A DNA stretch of 64,000 bases from an uncultured virus (IMG/VR IMGVR_UViG_3300032282_003852) (Duplodnaviria; Heunggongvirae; Uroviricota; Caudoviricetes), in the IMG/VR virus record IMGVR_UViG_3300032282_003852. One strand, 5' to 3'. Each line of letters begins with the position of its first letter. Position 1 is the first letter of the stretch. The position numbers and the translations under genes are program-made. Of this stretch, positions 1-9,025 are shown piece by piece. The notes under the pieces were generated by a model. That model worked only from the letters and a program-made list of their open reading frames with translations, was not told the DNA's origin and searched no databases.

Positions 1-14
1 CCCCCCTTAAGAAT

Positions 15-227
15 TTAATCGGATTCTTTTTCGTTGTCCGGTTCCTCCTCGGAATCCAGGTAATCTCTTGAGATCCTTTCTCTCCATTCTAAAACCTTGG
101 TGAACGCCACAATCAAGTCCGTTGCATAGCCATGAACCTTTTCTATTCCATCAGGCCCATCATATAAGGTGTATTCGTAAAACTCCCTCCCATCGGAGTA
201 ATGGTGGTCGGTAATCTCAAGCCTCAT
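15..227 (-). CDS. hypothetical protein (70 aa)
   Basis: ORF track; its start overlaps the stop of 224..580 (ATGA coupling). Confidence 0.6.
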   Translation of the reverse strand: MRLEITDHHYSDGREFYEYTLYDGPDGIEKVHGYATDLIVAFTKVLEWRERISRDYLDSEEEPDNEKESD

Positions 228-580
228 CGCTCATACCTGATTGGAAGGACCCCAAAATCCTCTTTTCCATAGATACCTCTATCAATGCTCTTACCCCCTA
301 ACCTCTTGTATGAATAGACTGTGCCAATGAAGAATACCCTTTCATTTTTCTCAGGAATTTTTCCAATCTTTGAGAGTTGTTTTCTTAACACCCATAAGTG
401 ATCAATGTAAATGGACTCACCGATTGGTATGGGGGTGACAATAACGTTGACCAAACAGAAGGAATCCAAGTCCTTCCTCCCTTCATGCTTCCTAAACTCC
501 TTAACCCTGCCTGAACAGGAAACCTCTGTCTTTTCCAAGAATCGGAGGTCTTCCCGACTCCGTATGACCGTAGATTCCAC
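224..580 (-). CDS. hypothetical protein (118 aa)
   Basis: ORF track; GTG start after AGAGAGGAG; coupled to the next gene. Confidence 0.6.
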   Translation of the reverse strand: MESTVIRSREDLRFLEKTEVSCSGRVKEFRKHEGRKDLDSFCLVNVIVTPIPIGESIYIDHLWVLRKQLSKIGKIPEKNERVFFIGTVYSYKRLGGKSIDRGIYGKEDFGVLPIRYER

Positions 581-637
581 ATCTCCTCTCTATTAGCGAT
601 TTTTCTAAGTGTAGGGGGTAAAAATTTCCCAAGGTTA

Positions 638-1402
638 ATGCAAAAAACCATGACATTAGGGAAACAAACTTTTAACCTCACTAGAAAGGACTACAACGAA
701 AAACTATCAAGGGTCATTGATAACCATAGGCTCAATGCTAGGTTGATTGGAGAGCCCAAGGAGTTCATCCTCAGGTCTTGCCGACTGAGTGTATCATGGG
801 CCAAGATGGCTGGCGACCCTGACGTTGAAGTTTACCTGAGAAACGTTGAGATCGCAACCGGAAGAAAGATTAAGATGGTTTCCCTTGAGCGAGGGGGGTC
901 CAAGCAACCTGTTTCCAAGGCAAAGCTACTAGATGCTTTATACCCCCCGAAGAAGATCAAGACCTCGGCCACTGCTGAGGAAAAGCACTATAATGCCGTC
1001 AAGTGTGCAATGAGGGATGGTATTTCCAAGCAGCTTAAGGCATTCCGGGATAGCATCGAGCTACCCACTATGTGTTATCTGACGGGTAGGGAACTCCGGA
1101 AAGGGTTCAAGATGGATGTTGACCATGCCGGGGTGTCTTTCGCTGAGATCGCAGATTCATTCCTAAGTGACCGAGACATGGTGTATTCTGACATTTCCTT
1201 GATCGGTCCGCCCACCGCAAAACGGTTCAGGGACTCTGAACTGTGGAGTGAATGGCAAGACTACCACATGGAGAAGGCTAACCTGAGCCTTGTGTCCGCT
1301 TCTGCCAACAGAAGCAAAGGGTCAAATGGGTATGAAACGCCCTCCGGGCTGTATGGGAGCTTTGCAAAACAAGATCCTGAGGATTTGGCTCTAGACTTCT
1401 GA
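638..1402 (+). CDS. hypothetical protein, possible His-Me finger (HNH-like) nuclease
   Basis: C-terminal CYLTG..VDH..F..I...F...W..YH...NL..VSASANRSK pattern; GGGTAAAA motif near 616-623; the nuclease call is inference. Confidence 0.5.
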   Translation: MQKTMTLGKQTFNLTRKDYNEKLSRVIDNHRLNARLIGEPKEFILRSCRLSVSWAKMAGDPDVEVYLRNVEIATGRKIKMVSLERGGSKQPVSKAKLLDALYPPKKIKTSATAEEKHYNAVKCAMRDGISKQLKAFRDSIELPTMCYLTGRELRKGFKMDVDHAGVSFAEIADSFLSDRDMVYSDISLIGPPTAKRFRDSELWSEWQDYHMEKANLSLVSASANRSKGSNGYETPSGLYGSFAKQDPEDLALDF

Positions 1403-1411
1403 TCCAGCGCA

Positions 1412-4189
1412 TCAGTTAGTCAGCACTGTCCACCCTTTACCTTGTAGGGATGCTTTAGCTGCTAAACCAGGTGCTCCTGGGGCTGATGAAGTCCCCCCGT
1501 TGATGTAAAGTATCTTGTTCGTGGATCCGGAGGCATCTAAAGATACCAGGATGTTGTCAACACTCGTTTGATTCAGGGCGCACCCATACCACGTATAGTA
1601 AAAAGCATAGTAGTCTGAGGAACTGAAGCTGTCAAACATTCCAGCGGGGAAGGATGCTAGGCTAGAACAACCATACCACGTCTGCTCGAAGTTTACTCCA
1701 TTGCTTAGGTCGATAGCGGGGAAGGATGCTAGGCTAGAACAACCATACCATGAAAATCCAAAATACATCCCTGAGCTTACGTCTAGCAAAGGGAAGGATG
1801 TTAGTCCGGTGCAGCCCCTCCATGAGGCGATAAAACCTTGCCCAGAACCCATGTCAAGGGGAGGGAACGACGTTAGGCTGGAGCAATACTGCCAAGCATA
1901 GTTAAAGTTTGTACCTAAACCAACGTTCAACGTCGGGAACGACGTTAGGCTGGAGCAATACTGCCAAGCACCCTGAAAATTTGTCCCTATGACGAAGTCA
2001 ATCAAGGGGAATGATGTTAGACTGGAGCAGTTAGCCCAGGCATACCCAAAGGTTATCGAACCGCCGACATCCAGGAGAGGGAATGATGTTAGACTGGAGC
2101 AGCCGTACCATGTGTACTGGAACTCGATCCCAGAGCTAACGTCTAGGGAAGGGAAAGAAGTTAAACCGGAACAACTTTTCCAAGTGAACGAAAATTCTGT
2201 TCCAGAGCTAACGTCTAAGGAGGGGAATGACGTTAAGCCAGAGCATCCAAGCCAAGTGTTGGAGAAAGACGTTCCAGAGCTAGTGTCTATTGAGGGGAAT
2301 GATGCGAGGTTATAACATTCTTCCCAAGCTCCTGTAAAGTTTGTCCCAGAGCTAGTGTCTATGGGTGAGAAGTAAGAGAGGTTGGAACACCCATACCATG
2401 CGTAGCTAAAGTCTACTACGGAGCTTGAGTTTATGCAAGGGAAGCCATAAATGTTATCGCAGCCATCCCATGCAGAGTTAAGGTCTGTAACCCCAGTGGT
2501 ATTTACCTGATAGTCACAAGAGTAGGGAGGTGGTTGGACGGGTTGCCCTATGAACTGAGGGGTGCAACTTGCTGGCGAAAAGGTGTCCACGTACCAACCC
2601 TTATCTGTAGCTATTTGATAGTCAGTTAGGGTCAAGTCTTGAACCCCGTAATTACCGGAAATACGGACAACCGGGCCACCTGTCACTACCCCTAAATCCT
2701 CAAATATTTGAACTAATGCGTTCCTCGATAGTAGGCAGTTTCTAACGCCAAAGGAAACAGCCATCCCTGGAACCCTTAACTCCAGGAGTTGGGCGCAGTC
2801 TATGAACATTACATATGCGTAGCTTATCAAAGAGCAATCGGTGAAGATTATTGACCTGAGGCTGCTGCACTCTCCGAAGGCACCATCACCATAGTCAGGT
2901 TGCCCATCTATTACAATCCTTTGCAGTTTATAGCAATGACGGGCTATTTCAGAGATGTATGCTCCGGGGGCGAACCCTGAAACGGTCAGGTCGTACATGC
3001 TCGTGCAATGGTGGAACGTGTACTCTAAAGAGGAGCATAGGGGGATTGATGATAAGTTATAGGATTCTAAGGAGTAGCAATAATCAAACATGCTGCCAGC
3101 GTCCTCCAGTAGGGGGAGTTCTGGAAAAGAGATGTTAGTCAGCATTCCACAAGCGTAGAACATCTCGTACGTGCTGTAGACTATGGGCAAGCTCTCAAAG
3201 GATACCCTCTCCAGGGAGTAGCAATACTCAAACATATAGCCCATGTCTTCCAGTAATGGTGCAGATGGCAGATGGAAATTTTCCAGCTCGGAGCACCCAT
3301 AGAACATATCATAAGAGTCGGTCAACTCGGAGGGGTCCAGTATGTTCGCTTCTTTAAGGGAGTAGCAATACTCAAAGGCGTAGCTCCCTGAACCCGATGC
3401 CTTCTTCACAGTGGCTGAGTAGAGATTTCCACATTCGTAGAAGAAGTACGAAAAATCTCCCACGCTGGAAATGTCGCCTATTGTGGCAGTCCTGAGGGAG
3501 TATGCGTTATTGAAAGTGTCTGAACAGTAGGATAAGTTAGGGCAATCTGGCAATGTCACGGATGCTAGAGAGTTGCAATACTCAAACATGTAAGATATGT
3601 CCTCTACAAAGTCCATCTTCTCCACTACTACTTCCTGAAGAGACGTGCAATAATAGAAAAGTTCGTAAAAATCTGAACAGTTTCCTGAGTTTACGATCCT
3701 TGCAATCTCCAGGGAGCCTAGGTAATGATCCACCCCCGAAGACAGGTAGATAGACTCTCCGTAGGGCATACTGAGGGAAATGTCTAGCCATGCTGTGGAG
3801 AGGTCGTCTCCACTAACGGTTGGCAAGTTAGAGTGGCGTACGTTGATGTCCAAGGCCGTTAAATTGCTACCTGAGTCGGGGGTCACCGTAACAATAACCT
3901 GCTTGTAACCCCTACCTGACAAGGTTTCGGAGCCTATGCTAGAGTAGTCGTAGGAGTGTTCTGCCTGTAATCCAGACGAAAAACTCTCGGTTACCCCATC
4001 TCCCCAGTCAACCACATAATCCCCCTCAAAGGTCAGGGCGATAAAGTTTCCAACAACATTGTAGACTGCGAACAATCCCACAAACTTCTCCTCTTCCTGG
4101 GAAACTTGTGGCAAAGGCAGCCAGCCTGAGGGTCTGCGGTATGAAAGTTCGGGTTGAACGTTGTAAGAGGGGTAGATGACTCCAGCCAT
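1412..4189 (-). CDS. LRR (BspA/DUF285-like) surface/adhesin protein with two repeat cassettes
   Basis: N-terminal VDWGDG (PKD-like) domain, MFEYCxSL repeats, then 24-aa WxxCSSLTSFPxLDxSSGTxF repeats and a VDNILVSLD..KGWTVxTN cap. Confidence 0.8.
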   Translation of the reverse strand: MAGVIYPSYNVQPELSYRRPSGWLPLPQVSQEEEKFVGLFAVYNVVGNFIALTFEGDYVVDWGDGVTESFSSGLQAEHSYDYSSIGSETLSGRGYKQVIVTVTPDSGSNLTALDINVRHSNLPTVSGDDLSTAWLDISLSMPYGESIYLSSGVDHYLGSLEIARIVNSGNCSDFYELFYYCTSLQEVVVEKMDFVEDISYMFEYCNSLASVTLPDCPNLSYCSDTFNNAYSLRTATIGDISSVGDFSYFFYECGNLYSATVKKASGSGSYAFEYCYSLKEANILDPSELTDSYDMFYGCSELENFHLPSAPLLEDMGYMFEYCYSLERVSFESLPIVYSTYEMFYACGMLTNISFPELPLLEDAGSMFDYCYSLESYNLSSIPLCSSLEYTFHHCTSMYDLTVSGFAPGAYISEIARHCYKLQRIVIDGQPDYGDGAFGECSSLRSIIFTDCSLISYAYVMFIDCAQLLELRVPGMAVSFGVRNCLLSRNALVQIFEDLGVVTGGPVVRISGNYGVQDLTLTDYQIATDKGWYVDTFSPASCTPQFIGQPVQPPPYSCDYQVNTTGVTDLNSAWDGCDNIYGFPCINSSSVVDFSYAWYGCSNLSYFSPIDTSSGTNFTGAWEECYNLASFPSIDTSSGTSFSNTWLGCSGLTSFPSLDVSSGTEFSFTWKSCSGLTSFPSLDVSSGIEFQYTWYGCSSLTSFPLLDVGGSITFGYAWANCSSLTSFPLIDFVIGTNFQGAWQYCSSLTSFPTLNVGLGTNFNYAWQYCSSLTSFPPLDMGSGQGFIASWRGCTGLTSFPLLDVSSGMYFGFSWYGCSSLASFPAIDLSNGVNFEQTWYGCSSLASFPAGMFDSFSSSDYYAFYYTWYGCALNQTSVDNILVSLDASGSTNKILYINGGTSSAPGAPGLAAKASLQGKGWTVLTN

Positions 4190-4201
4190 TTTCCTGAGAA
4201 G

Positions 4202-5809
4202 TTAGTTAGTGATTACGGTCCAACCTTTATCGGTCGCTATACTTAAGTCGCCTGGCGATAAATCAGCGACTCCCCAATTACCAGCCACATTGACCGTCTG
4301 GCTTCCGGGAGATATGGTAGCAAGATCTTGGAAAATGAGAACCAAAGCCTCTCTGGAAAGGGTGCAGTCCTGTACAGAAAACGAAAGGGAGACCCCAGGT
4401 ATACGGAGGGAGGACAGGTAGGGGGTATAGAAGGCATCTCCCAACTCATTAAAGAGAGAGGCATCACCTATGCCCAAAGTAACAAGGTTAGTGCAGTAAT
4501 AGAACATCTCGTAAGCATACCCAGGGGCGCAATTCAACCTAAGGGTGCCCATGGAGTAGCATCCATAAAAAGCCTGCTCCGCTGACACACCTGGCGGGAT
4601 TAAAGGTAAATATACATCCCGTAGCCCTGAGCAATAGTCAAAAGCATAATCCATGTACCCCAGCGATGAAAGGTTTTGAAAGGCCACTTTCTCCAAAGAG
4701 TAACAAGAATCAAAGGCGTCATAGAGACTTGTCAGCATTGGGGTTGAGGGGAAGTCCACATTCCTGAGTGAGTAGCATTCATAAAATATGCTATCAGCAG
4801 TCTCCAAACTAGACAAATCCTCAAACTGGACGTTCTCCAAGGCATAGCAATACTCGAACATGTACGAGGCGTCAACTAAGTTAGGAGACGGGGGCATGTA
4901 AAGGTTTTTCAGGGTGGAGTTTTCGTAGAAAGCCCCCTCAGCACTTTCCAGTAAAGAGGCATCTTCTATTGTGATACTTTCAACTTGCACATTCTCAAGT
5001 AGATAGTATAGGTCTGTCCCTGTATGCCCTATCACCACCTCCCTAATAAACCCATTGTCAGTGCCGTCAAGTATGTAGTTAACGCCGTAGTAAGGACTTC
5101 CCAAGTTACCAATATAAACATAGTCTAAGGCCCCACATCCGTAAAAAAGACTTTCACAATAGATGGGTAGCTCGGGTAAGATGGCTATGGACAGTGATTC
5201 ACAATAATCAAATAAGTATGAAATGTCCTCGACGTTGGGGATGCTTATTATCTCTGCTTTCTTCAGGGCATCGCACTCGTAGAAAAAATCGTACATGCTA
5301 GTCAGTCCACCTGTATCATAGATAGTCGCTATCTCCAAGGATCGTAGGTGGGAGAGATAAACTCCGCCATTGGATGCGTTTGGCATACTCAGCCCGATCT
5401 CTAGCCATGGACAGGATGAGTAGGAACTTGTGACATTTGTGTGCCTAACGCTAAGGTCTAACAGGTTTAACTCACCGGGGTTTTGAGGAGTCACCGTCAC
5501 AATAACCTGCCTGTAACCCCTTTCTGATAAAGTGGAGGGGTTAACAGAGGCATAGTCGTAGGTATGCTCTGCCGTCTCACCAGAGGCAAAGTTATCAATA
5601 GCCCCATCACCCCAATCAACCACATAGTCCCCTTCACAATAAATAGCTAGAAAGTTCCCATCATCGTCATAGACGGGGAATAATCCGGCAAACTTCTCCT
5701 CCCCTGGCAGCAGAGTTGGAAGGACTAGCCAGTCTGAGGGACGTTGGTAAGGGGGTGGTGTGGCAGGTTGGGTTACAGGGTATAACAAACCACTATATGA
5801 TACTGGCAT
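4202..5809 (-). CDS. LRR (BspA-like) protein, paralogue of the N-half of 1412..4189
   Basis: YQRPSDWL..EEKFAGLF..VVDWGDG N-terminus, FxxCxSL repeats and LSREALVLIFQDL..ATDKGW cap shared with the neighbour. Confidence 0.8.
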   Translation of the reverse strand: MPVSYSGLLYPVTQPATPPPYQRPSDWLVLPTLLPGEEKFAGLFPVYDDDGNFLAIYCEGDYVVDWGDGAIDNFASGETAEHTYDYASVNPSTLSERGYRQVIVTVTPQNPGELNLLDLSVRHTNVTSSYSSCPWLEIGLSMPNASNGGVYLSHLRSLEIATIYDTGGLTSMYDFFYECDALKKAEIISIPNVEDISYLFDYCESLSIAILPELPIYCESLFYGCGALDYVYIGNLGSPYYGVNYILDGTDNGFIREVVIGHTGTDLYYLLENVQVESITIEDASLLESAEGAFYENSTLKNLYMPPSPNLVDASYMFEYCYALENVQFEDLSSLETADSIFYECYSLRNVDFPSTPMLTSLYDAFDSCYSLEKVAFQNLSSLGYMDYAFDYCSGLRDVYLPLIPPGVSAEQAFYGCYSMGTLRLNCAPGYAYEMFYYCTNLVTLGIGDASLFNELGDAFYTPYLSSLRIPGVSLSFSVQDCTLSREALVLIFQDLATISPGSQTVNVAGNWGVADLSPGDLSIATDKGWTVITN

Positions 5810-5821
5810 TTTTATCTCCGG

Positions 5822-8800
5822 TCAGTTTGTATTAACGGTCCATCCCTTACCTTGTAAGGACAACTTAGCAGCAGCACCCGCTGTTCCTGGGGCCGATGAG
5901 GTGCCCCCGTCGATGTCCACTAGGCCTCCAAGTTGACCCGCTGTATCTAGGGACACGAGGATGTTATCGACGCTAGTCTGGTCAAGAGCGCAATCCTTCC
6001 AAGTAAAGTAGAAGTAAGTGGCTGTGGTACTGTCAAACATTCCAGCAGGGAATGAAGTTAGGCTAGAACAGTTGTACCAAGCGTAAGCAAAGTAAATCCC
6101 TTGACCTATGTCTAGAGCAGGGAATGAAGTTAGGCTAGAACAACCGCTCCAGGATCCTTGGAAGTTATCTGAGTTGCTTACGTTGAGCAGGGGGAATGAT
6201 GTCAGACTAGAACAACCATTCCAAGATTCCTGGAATGTGGTTCCGTTGCTAACGTTGAACAGAGGGAGAGACGTCATAGAGGAGCAACCCAACCATGCCT
6301 CAGTGAAGTCTGTCCCACTGCTTAGGTCAAGCAGAGGTAGAGAAATCATGCCTAAACACCATCTCCATGTTCCTGAAAAGTTTGTCCCGTTGCTCAGGTC
6401 AAGGAAGGGGAGTGTTGTCAATGCCCAACAGTTGGCCCAAGTGAACTCGAAGTTTGTCCCATTACTTAGGTCGAGGAGGGGGAAGGATGATAAATTGGTG
6501 CAACCAGCCCAAGTTCTGTTGAAGTTAGTGCCATTGCTTACATCCAGAAGTGGGAATGAAGTTAGGTTAGAACAACTGTTCCATGTACCATAAAAGTTCT
6601 CCCCTGAGCTGACATCAATGACTGGGAATGAAGTTAGGTTATCACAGTAATACCATGTGTATGTGAAATCAGTTCCCGACCCTAGATCCAACCCTGGGAA
6701 AAGAGTTAGGTTGTAGCAGGCATTCCATGTACCGTAGAAGTTAGTGCCATTACTAAGGTCAACCCAAGGGAAACTGGTGAACCCATAGCAGTAACTCCAA
6801 CTGTACGTGAAGTTAGTCCCACTTTGAAAGTCGAGGGACGGGATGCTGTTAAGGAGATAGCAATATGACCATGAGTAGGAGAAATCAGTACCTTGTGATG
6901 TGTTTATGGGTGGGAAGGATACCATGTATTGGCAGTTAGCCCAGGCATTTGTAAAAAGAGTAACGGAAGAGGAATCAACGCATGGGAAATCTGTTATCGA
7001 ATAGCACCCTTCCCACGCTGATGTAAAGTCTGTTACTCCCGATGTGTTTACAACTGTGTTGCAACTGTAAGGGGGGTAGGTAACAGGTAAGAGGGGGTAG
7101 GTGGGGTTGCAGTATGGCTCTGCATAGTTTGCTTCGACAGTCCACCCCCTCTCGATCAGTGATAATCGTGCGGCGTTACCAACAGTCCCAGGGGGGAATG
7201 AAGTTCCACCATTTAATGTGACAAAACCGTTATCCTGCCCGGCTGCATCCAGGGAGATGAGGACGTTATCCACGCTTTCTTGAGAAAGGGCGCAGTTAAG
7301 CCAAGCATCCTCAAACAAGATCGCCTCACAGTTATCGAATACGTCGGCCGGGAAGAACTGAAGATAGGTGCAATCCTTCCATGCACCAGTGAAGTTAACC
7401 CCGTTATTGAAGTTAAGTTTGGGGAAATTAGTGATGGTGGTGCATCCCTCCCAGGCCCCCGATAGTTTCATCCCATTTGTGGCACTGAGGGTAATGGTAA
7501 CGTTGTCCGTCCCATCAACCCCGCCAATCTTCGACCCTAGAATGATAACAGTGTTGCCCTCCTTGTAGCCCGATCCGGAGTAGATGCTGAAGTCGGTAAT
7601 CTCCCCCGCTGATCCACGGTTAAGGAAAAACTCCCCTAAGGTACCATCACCCCCTGAAACATACTCGTTATAGGAGTTATTTGCTTCAGCTAAGATGGTT
7701 GTTCCACCAGAATAAACTAATCCAGGAGCATCTCCATAGAGCGATCCGTCTGGGGCAGAGGAGAAGTCTGTGACACAAGCTGTATTTACATAGGTGTTAC
7801 AGTAGTAAGGGGGGGTGTCACAATCATCGGGCAAGGTCTCTATAGTTCTGAAGTCGATACTGAAATGATTAGATGCCCCACTTTGATTGGTCACCTTGAG
7901 GAACATTCCGTCCTCAGCGTAGATAGCCAATGTGGGGAGGAAGGTTATGTCTGATTCAGTTGGATTAGTGAGTATCTCTGCGGCAAATCCGGAGTTTGGT
8001 GATGGGAAGGGGGGGCCTGGAGCTATGCGGGCGTCAGCGGCTCTTCCTGCCTCAGAAGTGTAAGCCCTGATCCAAAGATCCTTTGCTACCCCTGTCACCT
8101 CTATTGAGATCCACGTGAAGAGCTTACCGAAGTCGAGCCAAAACTCAAATGTCTCCCCAGGGTTTAAGGTAGCGGTGGTATAGGAAAGGGTATCGATGCT
8201 TGGGCTAGAGCCGCTAGGGGGAGCCCATTTAACACCTAGCGTTTCGTTGCTGTCTACGGTCAGAACGTAGCCATCGTTAGTATCTACCGAAAGGACTTCG
8301 GGGTCGGACGGGGCTTGACCAACTATCAAATCCCCCTTCGCTTCAATGATGGATTCCGGAATCCCTGATCCAGTGAACGGCTCCCACTTGATTCCCAAGG
8401 GTTCCCCAGAGTCAGCGATCAGAATGTCTCCATCATTGCCAACTGGTAGCACTGCAGGGGTATCATCTTCTTCACCAACGATCAGATCGCCCTTGTTGTC
8501 GATAATGGAGTTAGGGATGCTAGGGATGGGGGCTTCCCATTTTATTCCTAGAGTCTCAGCCGAGTCCGCAACCAGGACATCACCATCGTTTCCCACGGGC
8601 AAAACCGCAGGGGTATCATCTTCTTCACCAACGATCAGATCCCCCTTATTGTCAATGATTGAGTCTGGTATGGAGGATGTAGGAGTCTCCCATTTAACCC
8701 CCAGAAACTCAGCAGAGTCAGCAACCAGAACATCCCCATCATCCCCAACTGGTAATCTTTGGGGCGTGTCATTAGATTCCCCAACTATTAAGTCACCCTT

Positions 8801-8959
8801 AGTCTCAATAATACTCCTTTGGATAAATTGATCCTCAATGGATACAATCTCCCATGTGTTTGCAGCAGCACTCCATTTGTACTGATTTACTCCCGGTATG
8901 GGGGTGGGTGGGTAGAGTTGTCCGTCTAAGGGGCTATCGGGAAAAACCAGAACTGACAT
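5822..8959 (-). CDS. tail-fibre-associated LRR adhesin
   Basis: FPDSPLDG..YKW N-terminus, four IIxxKGDLIVG..LxV..DGxxLxxDS..LG(V/I)KW repeats, two capped LRR cassettes. Confidence 0.8.
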   Translation of the reverse strand: MSVLVFPDSPLDGQLYPPTPIPGVNQYKWSAAANTWEIVSIEDQFIQRSIIETKGDLIVGESNDTPQRLPVGDDGDVLVADSAEFLGVKWETPTSSIPDSIIDNKGDLIVGEEDDTPAVLPVGNDGDVLVADSAETLGIKWEAPIPSIPNSIIDNKGDLIVGEEDDTPAVLPVGNDGDILIADSGEPLGIKWEPFTGSGIPESIIEAKGDLIVGQAPSDPEVLSVDTNDGYVLTVDSNETLGVKWAPPSGSSPSIDTLSYTTATLNPGETFEFWLDFGKLFTWISIEVTGVAKDLWIRAYTSEAGRAADARIAPGPPFPSPNSGFAAEILTNPTESDITFLPTLAIYAEDGMFLKVTNQSGASNHFSIDFRTIETLPDDCDTPPYYCNTYVNTACVTDFSSAPDGSLYGDAPGLVYSGGTTILAEANNSYNEYVSGGDGTLGEFFLNRGSAGEITDFSIYSGSGYKEGNTVIILGSKIGGVDGTDNVTITLSATNGMKLSGAWEGCTTITNFPKLNFNNGVNFTGAWKDCTYLQFFPADVFDNCEAILFEDAWLNCALSQESVDNVLISLDAAGQDNGFVTLNGGTSFPPGTVGNAARLSLIERGWTVEANYAEPYCNPTYPLLPVTYPPYSCNTVVNTSGVTDFTSAWEGCYSITDFPCVDSSSVTLFTNAWANCQYMVSFPPINTSQGTDFSYSWSYCYLLNSIPSLDFQSGTNFTYSWSYCYGFTSFPWVDLSNGTNFYGTWNACYNLTLFPGLDLGSGTDFTYTWYYCDNLTSFPVIDVSSGENFYGTWNSCSNLTSFPLLDVSNGTNFNRTWAGCTNLSSFPLLDLSNGTNFEFTWANCWALTTLPFLDLSNGTNFSGTWRWCLGMISLPLLDLSSGTDFTEAWLGCSSMTSLPLFNVSNGTTFQESWNGCSSLTSFPLLNVSNSDNFQGSWSGCSSLTSFPALDIGQGIYFAYAWYNCSSLTSFPAGMFDSTTATYFYFTWKDCALDQTSVDNILVSLDTAGQLGGLVDIDGGTSSAPGTAGAAAKLSLQGKGWTVNTN

Positions 8960-9025
8960 TTTCTGTAAATATCTTTCTAAGGTTTTACCCTTTACAGCCT
9001 GTACCCCTAGGTTTAGCTAATGGGC

